A stretch of 51,391 nt of DNA, from NCBI GenBank assembly GCA_039714075.1, contig JBDLKA010000016.1, positions 1-51,391 on the forward strand. Direction: 5' to 3'. Position numbers and translations under genes: made by a program. Below are positions 18,140-27,203 of this stretch, piece by piece. This DNA is from Candidatus Krumholzibacteriota bacterium (GTDB lineage: Bacteria; Krumholzibacteriota; Krumholzibacteriia; LZORAL124-64-63). The notes under the pieces are model-generated. The model was not told the DNA's origin and made no database searches. It saw only the letters and a list, made by a program, of their open reading frames with translations. Position 1 is the stretch's first letter. The number at the start of each line of letters is the position of its first letter.

Positions 18140-21100
18140 GATGCCCTACCGGCAAGTTCCCGCAGCTTTCGGGTCACCGTGCGGATGATGCCCTTGGCAA
18201 TGCGCACGTCATCGGAAAGCAGGTCGTTGAATTCGTTGCGGTCGATGCGTAGCAGCTTGGTGTCTTCGGTGGCCGTGGCGGTCAGGACCCGGGGATCGTC
18301 GTCGAACAGGGCCCAGGTGCCGAAGGACATCAATCTGTCCGCGGTCGTGACCTCGCGCTCCCCCTGGTGCAACCGCACATGCCCCTCGAGGACCAGATAC
18401 AAGGCATCGGGACTGTCGTTCTCACGGAAAACCGTGTCGCCCGCCAGAACCGGCACCTCGCGGGCGATGGCCGCCAGGGCGGCCAACTGGTCCGTGGGCA
18501 CTTCGGCGAAAACCTCGACATTCTGCAGCAACAGCACTTTTTCGATGGGGGACAGCATGTCATCTCCCGATTTTTTCAGATGGTGGTCGGCCGCCGGATT
18601 TTCCACCCGGCCACCGGCGAAGATGGCGCAGGCGGCCAGCCAGGGGTCACAGTCCCGGCTCAGGAAATCGAGGGCTTCGGCGGTATTGCCGGCAACCCCT
18701 GCGAAGTCCTCCTCGGTCATCAGCCCGGTTTCCCGCCAGGCCTCCGCTGCCGATTGCTCGTCGAGCAGGGCCAGGACCAGCCCCCGATGCCGCCCGGCCA
18801 GCATGTTGTCCAGGAATTCCTGGGCGTTGGCCCGGGGAACCCGGCGGCCGCTGATCACGCCGTGGTAGGAATTCAGCACATCCCGCAGGGGATACAACAA
18901 ACCCAACAACCGGAATACGCTTTCGAGCCTGAGATTCCGGGTCTCGGCAACCGCCTTTTCCAGCAGCCGGGCCTTGTCCCCCTTGTCCGGCAACAGGTCG
19001 CCCAGACGGGACAGCAGAAAAAACCGCCGGGCTTCGATCGTGATTTCATTCGAAACGATTTCCTGGTCGAAATCAAGGGATCGGTACCGGGAGCGGAGCT
19101 TTCCCAGGGCCTTCAGGACCAACAGCCGAAACTCGGGCCGATGGGTGCCCAGATGCCTCACCAGGGTATCGACGCATTCCTGTTCGGGCACCATTTCCAG
19201 GATCCTGGGTATCTCCTCCCGGGCCCGCACGGAATGGTCCGGGGACAGGAAAAAGGCCTCCAGTTCCTCGATGACACCCACATCCGCACGCGCCAGTTTC
19301 GCCAGGGCGCCCCGGGCGTGGACCCGCAGCAGGGGATGGTCAAGCTTAACCAGCAACCATTCCAGACGGCTGAAATCCTCCCGGGCTCCCAGTCCCGCGA
19401 TGACCGCCTTGACGACGGCGGCGTCCTGATCCCGGATCAGCGCCTCCCACAAATCGGCGGAACAATCGGCCGGATCCCAGGACAGGCCGGCCAGGATTTC
19501 GCGTCCTTCCACCCCGGATTCCGTCGTGTCGTTCAGGATGGCGTCCACGACCGGTTCGGTGACCAGGTCGCGGTAATCCTCACCCCCGTTGCCACCGGCA
19601 ATGAAGGCCAGCGCGGCGTTTCGGCCCGCGGCGGCGCCGGCCAGCAATTCGCCCAGGAAGCGACCCGAGCGATCCTGCTGCAGATCATGGTTTGCCACGC
19701 AGGCCACGGCCGCGACCCGCACCCCCAGGTCCCGGTCGGTCAGGTATTCCCGGGCACGGAGGCCGTCGCTGAAATCCCCGTTCAGGCAGAGGACTTCCAG
19801 GGACCGTCGCCGCACCTCGGCCGAGGGATGATCCACCAGGGGCCGCACGCCCTCCGCCAACAGGGGGGATTCGACTCCCTGCAGGGTGTCCAGCGCATAG
19901 ATGACCTCGCGTAGGTTTTCACTTTTCAGGGCACCCACGAGAATCTTGACCGTCGAACCGTCGTCGATGCGCACGGTCAATCCCGCGAGGTCGATCTCCC
20001 GCCGCGCCAGGGCCAGGCGGAAGGAATTCACGTACTCCCGCCGCATCAGGAAAGCCAAAACCAGCCAGGCCGCCAGCAGCACCAACGTCACCAGGGCGAT
20101 CCGGCTCAGGTCCCATTCGAGGACCATGGTCATCAGCAGCAGAAACCCGCCGGCCATGCCCCGGGCCCACCGGTCAACGAACATGTCGATGAAGACCTTG
20201 GTCCGTTTCTTGAGGGCCAGGGGGATGGGCAGGAACAACAATTCCCGACTGGTCTTGTCCACGGAATACTTGAGGGTGATGTCCCCGCCGCGCATGAACA
20301 TGGCCGCAACCAGGCCGGGCATCAGGAACATCCCCAGGGCGCCTCCGGCCAGCACGGCCGGCAGCACGAGCAGGACACCCCCCACCCCGAGCCAGCGGAT
20401 CAGGCGGGTGGCGAACAGGGCCTGCACCAGCAGCGACAACAGACTCATCCTGCCGTAAAAGCGGCCGAGGAACGAGGTCAGTTCCGCTTCCGAGTTGAAA
20501 ACCTGCCAGCTGACGTTCTTGAACTGGAAATCGATGAAGGAGCCGGTCATCACCGTCAGGGCGATGATCCCCACCGTCAGGCTCAGATGGCGTGACCCGG
20601 CGATGGACCGGATGATGCCCCGCAGATCCCCACCCCGGTCCTTTTCGTCCAGGGGAACCGAGGGGGTTTCCAGGCTGGTCCGGTTGGACCGCCAGACCAG
20701 GCGGCTCATGAATCCGGCGGCGGCCAGGACAAAAACGCTCACCACCAGCAGGTCCTGGGTCCGCAGGCCCCAGTTGCTGATCAGGATGCTGGTGATCTCG
20801 CCGCCGGCGAAGGCGCCCGCGATTCCGCCCAGCCCCAGGAATGGGAACAGCCGTTTGGCCTGGGCCGCGTCGAATACGCCGTTGGCCAGCAGCCAGAACT
20901 GGCTGGTGGTCAGACCTCCGGCAACGCCGACCCAACTGTAGAAAAGATAGAACACCCACTCCTGGCGCACCCCGATCAACAGGCGCAACACCACCAGGTT
21001 TGCCATCAGGATCACAATGGTCAGGGCGATGAGCCGGTCCAGCCGCCGCCGCAGGCCGGCCCGGGCGTAGGCGGCGGTCACCGGCGCGGCGATCAGCGCG

Positions 21101-21279
21101 GTCAGGATGTAGACCAGCGGCAGGTGGGAAGGGCTGATCTCGACCAGGAAGAGGGAATCGCGCGCGGGCTTGAGGAGATAGTGGAAGAGCAGCAGCAGAA
21201 AATAGTTGGCCGCCATCAGGACGGCGATCCGCCGTTCACCCGGACGCAGATCCGGCAGGAGTCCGGACAACCAGTTCAT
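18136..21279 (-). CDS. NTT/Npt (TLC ATP/ADP-translocase-like) transporter fused to HEAT repeats and a cyclic-nucleotide-binding domain
   Basis: LLKPARDSLFL, QFWLLAN...AKRLF, KYSVDK..RELLFLP, KTKVFID-like motif in an ~12-TM N-terminus. HEAT-like middle region; C-terminal cNMP domain (VFREND...LYLVLEGHV...FG). Confidence 0.88.
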   Translation of the reverse strand: MNWLSGLLPDLRPGERRIAVLMAANYFLLLLFHYLLKPARDSLFLVEISPSHLPLVYILTALIAAPVTAAYARAGLRRRLDRLIALTIVILMANLVVLRLLIGVRQEWVFYLFYSWVGVAGGLTTSQFWLLANGVFDAAQAKRLFPFLGLGGIAGAFAGGEITSILISNWGLRTQDLLVVSVFVLAAAGFMSRLVWRSNRTSLETPSVPLDEKDRGGDLRGIIRSIAGSRHLSLTVGIIALTVMTGSFIDFQFKNVSWQVFNSEAELTSFLGRFYGRMSLLSLLVQALFATRLIRWLGVGGVLLVLPAVLAGGALGMFLMPGLVAAMFMRGGDITLKYSVDKTSRELLFLPIPLALKKRTKVFIDMFVDRWARGMAGGFLLLMTMVLEWDLSRIALVTLVLLAAWLVLAFLMRREYVNSFRLALARREIDLAGLTVRIDDGSTVKILVGALKSENLREVIYALDTLQGVESPLLAEGVRPLVDHPSAEVRRRSLEVLCLNGDFSDGLRAREYLTDRDLGVRVAAVACVANHDLQQDRSGRFLGELLAGAAAGRNAALAFIAGGNGGEDYRDLVTEPVVDAILNDTTESGVEGREILAGLSWDPADCSADLWEALIRDQDAAVVKAVIAGLGAREDFSRLEWLLVKLDHPLLRVHARGALAKLARADVGVIEELEAFFLSPDHSVRAREEIPRILEMVPEQECVDTLVRHLGTHRPEFRLLVLKALGKLRSRYRSLDFDQEIVSNEITIEARRFFLLSRLGDLLPDKGDKARLLEKAVAETRNLRLESVFRLLGLLYPLRDVLNSYHGVISGRRVPRANAQEFLDNMLAGRHRGLVLALLDEQSAAEAWRETGLMTEEDFAGVAGNTAEALDFLSRDCDPWLAACAIFAGGRVENPAADHHLKKSGDDMLSPIEKVLLLQNVEVFAEVPTDQLAALAAIAREVPVLAGDTVFRENDSPDALYLVLEGHVRLHQGEREVTTADRLMSFGTWALFDDDPRVLTATATEDTKLLRIDRNEFNDLLSDDVRIAKGIIRTVTRKLRELAGRAS

Positions 21280-22178
21280 CAGCGGGCGGCTTGCGGCGCG
21301 TCACCGGCGGCCGCGGGCAGGGTGACCACGAAAACAGCTCCGCCGGATTCACCGTCGGCAGCCTTGATCCGCCCTCCATGCCTATCGACAATTCTTTTGG
21401 AGATGAACAGGCCCAGGCCCGTTCCATCTTCGTCGTGCCTGGTGGTCCACCCCGGAGAGAAAAGTTTCTCCTGGCAGCCGGCCGGCAGCCCGGGTCCGGT
21501 GTCGCTCACCGTGACGACCACCTGCCCGTCATCCACCCCGCTGGTCACGGTGATGGTTCCGGTTCGGTCCATGGCCTGCCCCGCGTTCTGGATCAGGTTG
21601 AGAAAAACCTGGCCCAGCGGACCCGGCCACCCGCTGACCGCGGGAATGTCCCGCAGTTGCAGATCCACCTCCACCCCCTGTTTCAACTCATAGGTCAACA
21701 GGACCAGGGCCCCCCTGACCAGACCGTTGACGTCGACCGGCACCGGATCCTCATGGTCGCCGCGCCCGGCCAGGCGCAGTTGGCGCACCAACTGCCCGAT
21801 TCTTTCCAGGGCCTGCTCCAGGACCGGCTTGCTGGCCTCGACCGAATTCAGGGTCTTCTTCACCTGGGCCAGTTTTTCCGCGTCGGCGGCGGCGAGAGGC
21901 GAGTTCTCCAGTTCCGCCACCAGTTCGGTCATCCTGCCGACCGCCCGGCGGTTCGTATCCAGGCTGCAGGAAACCGCACCCAGGGGTGTTCTCAGTTCGT
22001 GGGCGATGCCGGCCAGCAGATGCCCCAGGGTGGCCATCTTTTCCTGATTCTCGACGGAATCGGCCATACAACGCCACTGGCGGTCCCGCCGCCACAGGCG
22101 AACGGTCTGCACCACGAACAGGAGAAGGATCAGGACCAGACTCGCGTCAAGCAGGTAATCGATCAACTCAATCACCAC
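21279..22178 (-). CDS. Histidine kinase with a single N-terminal TM and no sensor domain
   Basis: H-box AHELRTPLG, N box NLIQNA, G1 DTGPG, F box LFSPGWTT, G2 GTGLGL are all intact. Confidence 0.92.
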   Translation of the reverse strand: MVIELIDYLLDASLVLILLLFVVQTVRLWRRDRQWRCMADSVENQEKMATLGHLLAGIAHELRTPLGAVSCSLDTNRRAVGRMTELVAELENSPLAAADAEKLAQVKKTLNSVEASKPVLEQALERIGQLVRQLRLAGRGDHEDPVPVDVNGLVRGALVLLTYELKQGVEVDLQLRDIPAVSGWPGPLGQVFLNLIQNAGQAMDRTGTITVTSGVDDGQVVVTVSDTGPGLPAGCQEKLFSPGWTTRHDEDGTGLGLFISKRIVDRHGGRIKAADGESGGAVFVVTLPAAAGDAPQAAR

Positions 22179-22998
22179 CCTTCCCGGGTTTGGGATCGGC
22201 TTTCTTCTTTTCGGTTTCGAAAACGGAACGGACCTCGCCCGCGGTCAGGTGCCGGATGCCGCCGGAGGGAAGATCGCCCAGCCGGATTTCGCCGATTCTG
22301 GTGCGCCGGACGAAAACAACCTTGTGACGCAGGGTGCTCAACATGCGGCGAACCTGTCTGATCCTGCCTTCGCGCACGACCATGGTGACCACGGTGCGGT
22401 TGTTCAGAATCTCCACCACCTTCACCGACAGCGGTTTGAACAGGCCCAGGTTGGGCAGATGGACCCCCGCGGTCATCACGCCGATCTCGATTTCCGTCAA
22501 CTCGCCCTCGACCTGCACCCGGAATTCCTGCTCCAAACACCGGGAACCGGTGACGAGATTGTTCCAGCGCCGATCGTTGGAAATGAGCAGCAGACCGGTC
22601 GTTTTGCCGTCCAGCCGACCGGTGGTCTGCAGCCCGGGAACGTTGCGGGGGAAAAATTCCGCGACCAGTCTTCGTTCCGGTCCGTCACTGACCGAACAGA
22701 CAACCCGGACCGGTTTGTTGAAGGCGTAGTAGCTGGGCCGCAGGCGGGCCAGCGGTTCACCGTCCAGACAGACCAGGCTGCCGACATCTATCATGCTGTT
22801 CGGATCAAAAATGACTTCATCGTCAACGGTGATCCTGCCTTCGACCACCATTTCGCTCGTCTGGATACGGGTACCGTAGCCGGCCTTCATCAGGGCCCGG
22901 GCCAGCCCCATGGCGCGCGAGGGTTTCCACCGCTCCGCAGGGGGGGCCGAGGACGGTTTGTCTGCTGGTTTCCTGGCCATTGCTTCGGGTCCCGTCAT
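22168..22998 (-). CDS. rRNA pseudouridine synthase, RsuA/RluB family
   Basis: S4-like N-terminus; NKP, catalytic GRLD, GLLLISND, EGRIRQVRRM. Confidence 0.92.
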   Translation of the reverse strand: MTGPEAMARKPADKPSSAPPAERWKPSRAMGLARALMKAGYGTRIQTSEMVVEGRITVDDEVIFDPNSMIDVGSLVCLDGEPLARLRPSYYAFNKPVRVVCSVSDGPERRLVAEFFPRNVPGLQTTGRLDGKTTGLLLISNDRRWNNLVTGSRCLEQEFRVQVEGELTEIEIGVMTAGVHLPNLGLFKPLSVKVVEILNNRTVVTMVVREGRIRQVRRMLSTLRHKVVFVRRTRIGEIRLGDLPSGGIRHLTAGEVRSVFETEKKKADPKPGKGGD

Positions 22999-23016
22999 CC
23001 GTTCCGCTGGTACGTT

Positions 23017-24024
23017 CTAGTTGAGTGTTGCCCAGATGTACATGATCAGGGTGTAGGTCAACAGAAGGGCCGTTCCCCTCCATCTGCCTATCTTGCCCCG
23101 GCCCAGGATGATCATGGTGAACACCATGATCGTCAGGACCAGCATGCTGATCATCTGCACCTGCAGTTGGGTCGGCTGCAAGGGAAAGCCGGTCAGGGAC
23201 GGCAGCCCGCTTTCCGCGTCCAGATTCCTGACCAGGCCCACCGGACCGGCCACCGCCAGGATGTTGAAAAGGTTGGACCCGATAATGTTCCCCAGGGCCA
23301 GATCATCTTCATTGCGCAGGGCGGCCACCACGGTGGTCGCCAGTTCGGGCAGGCTCGTGCCCACCGCCACCAGGGTCAGGCCGATCAGGGTTTCGGAAAT
23401 CCCGATGCTGACGGCAAGCGTCAAGGCCGACGATACGATGAAGTGACCGCCGGCCGCCAGTCCCCCCACGCCCAGAAGGCTCATCCCACCCCCGCGAACG
23501 ACCTCGCGTGTCCGGTGGTCCGGGTCGATATCCGGCAACTTTTCCGGGACACCGGTCACCACCACGTCGCGGTCCCGGTTGCTCAGGGTCCACCACATGA
23601 AGACGAGGAATCCCGCCACCAGGAAACCGGCATCCACGTGCCCCAGACGCCCATCCCAGGCCAAAACGATGAACAGGACGGTGGCCCCCAGCAGCAGGGG
23701 GACCTCCTTGCGGGAAAGCCCCTTTTCCACGATGACCGGGCGCAGCAGGGCGGCCAGGGCGAGGATCAGGCCCAGATTGGCCACGTTCGAACCGATGACG
23801 TTTCCCAGGACGAGTCCCGTATTCCCTTTGATGGCCCCGGCCAGGGAGACGAACAGTTCCGGCGCCGAAGTGCCGAAGGCGACCACGGTCAATCCCACCA
23901 CCACCGGAGGCACCCGCAACACCGCCGCCACCCGCGAACCACCCGTGACCAGGAGCCAGGCGCCGCCGACCAGTAGTCCGATGCCGGCCAGGAAAACCAG
24001 AATCTGCCACAGCATGGCGGTCAC
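23017..24024 (-). CDS. Calcium/sodium antiporter (CaCA, YrbG-like)
   Basis: Two alpha repeats, GTSAPE...GNVIGSN and GTSLPE...GNIIGSN. The start could instead be ATG 24015. Confidence 0.92.
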   Translation of the reverse strand: MTAMLWQILVFLAGIGLLVGGAWLLVTGGSRVAAVLRVPPVVVGLTVVAFGTSAPELFVSLAGAIKGNTGLVLGNVIGSNVANLGLILALAALLRPVIVEKGLSRKEVPLLLGATVLFIVLAWDGRLGHVDAGFLVAGFLVFMWWTLSNRDRDVVVTGVPEKLPDIDPDHRTREVVRGGGMSLLGVGGLAAGGHFIVSSALTLAVSIGISETLIGLTLVAVGTSLPELATTVVAALRNEDDLALGNIIGSNLFNILAVAGPVGLVRNLDAESGLPSLTGFPLQPTQLQVQMISMLVLTIMVFTMIILGRGKIGRWRGTALLLTYTLIMYIWATLN

Positions 24025-24671
24025 TTACCCTCCCGGAATCCCGGAACCAGGGCCACCGCCCGCACCGGGGAGGCCTCGGTTCCCTGCAGTTTGAGCGGCA
24101 GGGCCATCAGGGTGAATCCCCGCGCAGGCAGAGCGCCCAGATTGGCCAGGTTTTCCAGATTGATCATTCCCGCCGGCGCACAGATGTCGTGCGCCGCCTG
24201 ACCGCCGAAGTCGTCCAGGCTCGGCGTGTCCAGGCCAACGCCCTTGAGCCCGGCGCCCGCCAGCAATTCGGCCAGATCCGGGGATAGATGGGACCACTCG
24301 CGATAGTAGCGTTCGCTTCCCCAGTGCCTGTCCCAACCCGTATCGAACAGGACAAAATCCGCCGCCGCCAGGTCGACCCCCTCGCAAATTTCGGGGCCCA
24401 GTTCCCCGGCCGTTTCGCCGTCTCCGGCCCGGATAACCACCCCTTGTCCCATGAACCGGTCCAGGGGCAGCTGGTCGACGCCCGGTTCATCCGCCAGGAA
24501 ATGCAGGGGCGCATCGATATGGGTGCCCGCGTGGCACCCGAATTCCAGGGAACTGGACATATGGCTGTCCGGCCCGTGAAGGCTGTGCCGATGGATAACC
24601 AGGGGCTGGTTGTCGCCCGGCCACTGCGGCATGTCCGGAACGATCGTGTGCGTCAGGTCGATCACCTTCAA
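24021..24671 (-). CDS. Cyclase-family metal-dependent hydrolase (kynurenine formamidase-like)
   Basis: IDLTH, HAGTHIDAPLHF, GLDTPSLD, ENLANL, ASPVRAVA; TTG start. Confidence 0.9.
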   Translation of the reverse strand: MKVIDLTHTIVPDMPQWPGDNQPLVIHRHSLHGPDSHMSSSLEFGCHAGTHIDAPLHFLADEPGVDQLPLDRFMGQGVVIRAGDGETAGELGPEICEGVDLAAADFVLFDTGWDRHWGSERYYREWSHLSPDLAELLAGAGLKGVGLDTPSLDDFGGQAAHDICAPAGMINLENLANLGALPARGFTLMALPLKLQGTEASPVRAVALVPGFREGK

Positions 24672-24721
24672 AGGTAATGCTCCCAGGCCCTCGGGACGCG
24701 GTTTGAGAGGGGGCGTCCCGG

Positions 24722-25033
24722 TCAGCCGGAATGAAAGGAATCCACGTGTATGTGGCGGCGCAGCTCACCGATTTCAAAATCCGAGGCGAAAAGCACTCGT
24801 TCGGCGGCGTCAAGGAGGCCGGCCACCTGCGATTCCTCGTTGGACACGGCGCCCACGGCCAGAAAACAACGCTGAATGAGGTCCGGCGGACCGACCTGGG
24901 CCACCGCCAGGTCCTGGTTTTTCAGCTTTTGCACCAGGGCCCGCAAGGGACCACGGCGGTCCTTGAGGGTCCGGGCGGCCGTCAGCACCAGATCCGCCGT
25001 CAAGGTGCCTGTAAAAGTTCGGACATCGTCCAC
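24722..25033 (-). CDS. DUF503 (YlxP-like) small protein
   Basis: ~100 aa; ARTLKDRR...VAQV...DLIQR...AVSN resembles the DUF503 pattern SLKxKR...VAE...DxWQR...VS. Confidence 0.65.
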   Translation of the reverse strand: MDDVRTFTGTLTADLVLTAARTLKDRRGPLRALVQKLKNQDLAVAQVGPPDLIQRCFLAVGAVSNEESQVAGLLDAAERVLFASDFEIGELRRHIHVDSFHSG

Positions 25034-25175
25034 GAGGGGCCTCCCGGCTGCAATCCAGCAAACCTAAGGGATAACAGGCGGATTGTCATGGATGAATGCT
25101 GCCGAACGGTTGTCCGGTTTATAAATGGGCCCTTCCGGACCGATCTGGCCCGATTCCTGCTGATAAGCCGCTGTC

Positions 25176-26750
25176 ATGGAAAAACTTCGCCTAAAATATC
25201 CAACCGATCCCGGTAGGACCGCCCGCGCCCTTCTGTTTTTTGCGGTTCTGTGCCTTGCCGGGGCGGGTTGCCAGGAGCGGATAGATTTTCCCCGGTCGGA
25301 CCTTCCGGGCGATGAGCCTCTGGCGCCCCACCCCACGTTGGACCGGGATCTGAAGGTCATCAAGAAATCGGGGACCATCCGCCTGTTAACCCAATACAAT
25401 TCAACAAGTTACTTCATTCACCGCGGAGGCCAGGCGGGATTCGACTACGAATTGGCTTGGCGGTTTGCACGTGAACACGGGTTGCATCTGGAGGTTGTCA
25501 TTCCGGAACCCGGAGAGGACCTGATCAGCCTTTTGAACTCCGGACGCGGGGATCTGGTCGGCGCCGGCCTGCTGCCCTACCCCGCCCTGGAACATTGGGT
25601 AGCCACCACCCGGCCGACGAATTTCATACGCAAGATCCTGGTCATGCCCGCCGATTCCCGCCATTCCGCCGAATTCCGCAGCCTGGCCGGCATGAAAATC
25701 ACCCTTCCGGCCGGGGATCCCTTCCGGGACGAGCTGCAAAACCTCAAAAACAGCATGAACATCCAGTTTTTTGTCACCACCGGCAGGCCCGGCGACCAGG
25801 CCGAAGACCTGTTGGCCCTGGTCGACCGGAACGAGCTCGAGGCCGTGGCGGTCAACGACAACATCGCCCGCAGCGCCCGAACCTATCTGCCGAATCTGAA
25901 ACTGGGAGTCAACATCGGGGAACTCCGCCCCACGGCCTGGTTGGTGCGGAACAACAGCCCCGAACTCAAGGCGGCTCTCAACAAATTCCTGAAACGGCAC
26001 CTGAACGTGAACGACACCGGGCGTATCAGACGCAGCCGCATGTACGGCACCATCTATGACCGGTATTTCGAAAATCCCCTGACCATCAAACGGTTCCAGG
26101 ACCCCGCCCACCGGCCTGACAAGAGCGGAATCATCTCCACCTATGACGACCTGATCCGGCGCAAATCCGAAGCCATCGGCCTGGATTGGCGCATGGTGGC
26201 CGCACTCATCTACCAGGAATCCGAATTCCATCCCGGCGCCCGCAGCAAGGCGGACGCCCGTGGTTTGATGCAGGTCCTGCCCCGTTTCGCGGGCGACCAG
26301 GCGGACAGCCTCTACCTGCCCGAACCCAATCTGCGGGCGGGTCTGCGCATGTTGAAGCGGACCTTCAACAGCTACGCCTATCTGGATTCCCTGAACCGGT
26401 GGCGCTTCACCCTGGCCGAGTACCATGCCGGCCACGGCCACCTGACCGACGCCCGGCGGCTGGCCATTGAAATGGGACGGGATCCCAACACCTGGGATGG
26501 TTCCCTGAACGTCACGCTCCCCCGCCTCATGGAGCGGAGATACTTCAGCACGACCCGGCACGGATTCTACGGGGGCGGCATAACGGTCGACTATGTCGAG
26601 GAGATCATGAACCGGTACCGGATGTACACCCGGCTGGTGGCCCGCCGCCCCGAAGTGCGGATCGATCAATTTCCCGTGGGAGAATCGAGCGGAACCCATC
26701 ACGATATCAGCGCCATCCCCGACCTGGCGCGCCCGCCGGCCCCCAGATAA
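25176..26750 (+). CDS. mltF: Membrane-bound lytic murein transglycosylase MltF-like (PBP domain plus SLT domain)
   Basis: Lipobox-like GAGC; GFDYELA; SLT motifs LDWRMVAALIYQES, ARGLMQV, EYHAG. Confidence 0.88.
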   Translation: MEKLRLKYPTDPGRTARALLFFAVLCLAGAGCQERIDFPRSDLPGDEPLAPHPTLDRDLKVIKKSGTIRLLTQYNSTSYFIHRGGQAGFDYELAWRFAREHGLHLEVVIPEPGEDLISLLNSGRGDLVGAGLLPYPALEHWVATTRPTNFIRKILVMPADSRHSAEFRSLAGMKITLPAGDPFRDELQNLKNSMNIQFFVTTGRPGDQAEDLLALVDRNELEAVAVNDNIARSARTYLPNLKLGVNIGELRPTAWLVRNNSPELKAALNKFLKRHLNVNDTGRIRRSRMYGTIYDRYFENPLTIKRFQDPAHRPDKSGIISTYDDLIRRKSEAIGLDWRMVAALIYQESEFHPGARSKADARGLMQVLPRFAGDQADSLYLPEPNLRAGLRMLKRTFNSYAYLDSLNRWRFTLAEYHAGHGHLTDARRLAIEMGRDPNTWDGSLNVTLPRLMERRYFSTTRHGFYGGGITVDYVEEIMNRYRMYTRLVARRPEVRIDQFPVGESSGTHHDISAIPDLARPPAPR

Positions 26751-26769
26751 CGGGGCTACCCCGTCAACT

Positions 26770-27069
26770 TCAGATCACCATCAGGATCTCCGGCCTTTTG
26801 GTCAGGGCGGCGAAGACCGCATCGCGTTCGGCCTCGTCCTGCACTTTCAGATTGAGGCTCAGACTCACGTATTTTCCGCTCCTGCTGGTGCGGGATTGGC
26901 CCAACTCGAACTCCCGGTCCCCCGAATTATCATTCAGGCAATGGTCCAGGCACACCTTCACCGCCGACCGCATCGCCTCTTCATCCGGTCCGATGACCTT
27001 GTAGCCCCACCGGCAGGGATATTCCACCACGGGCTTTTCGTTGTTCGTTGGGGACATGTTGTTCTCCAT
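26770..27069 (-). CDS. DUF493 (YbeD/HP0495-like) protein
   Basis: EYPCRWGYKVIG and SRSGKYVSL. Confidence 0.85.
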   Translation of the reverse strand: MENNMSPTNNEKPVVEYPCRWGYKVIGPDEEAMRSAVKVCLDHCLNDNSGDREFELGQSRTSRSGKYVSLSLNLKVQDEAERDAVFAALTKRPEILMVI

Positions 27070-27203
27070 CCTCCCGCGGGACCCTGGTTGCCACGTCTTT
27101 CATTGTCGGGCAATACCCGCCCCGGGACAACCCCGGATGCCGGTTGGCCCCCGTGGCGGCCTGTGCTAGATTTCACCGGTCCCCGACCCCGAAGGAGGGA
27201 TCG

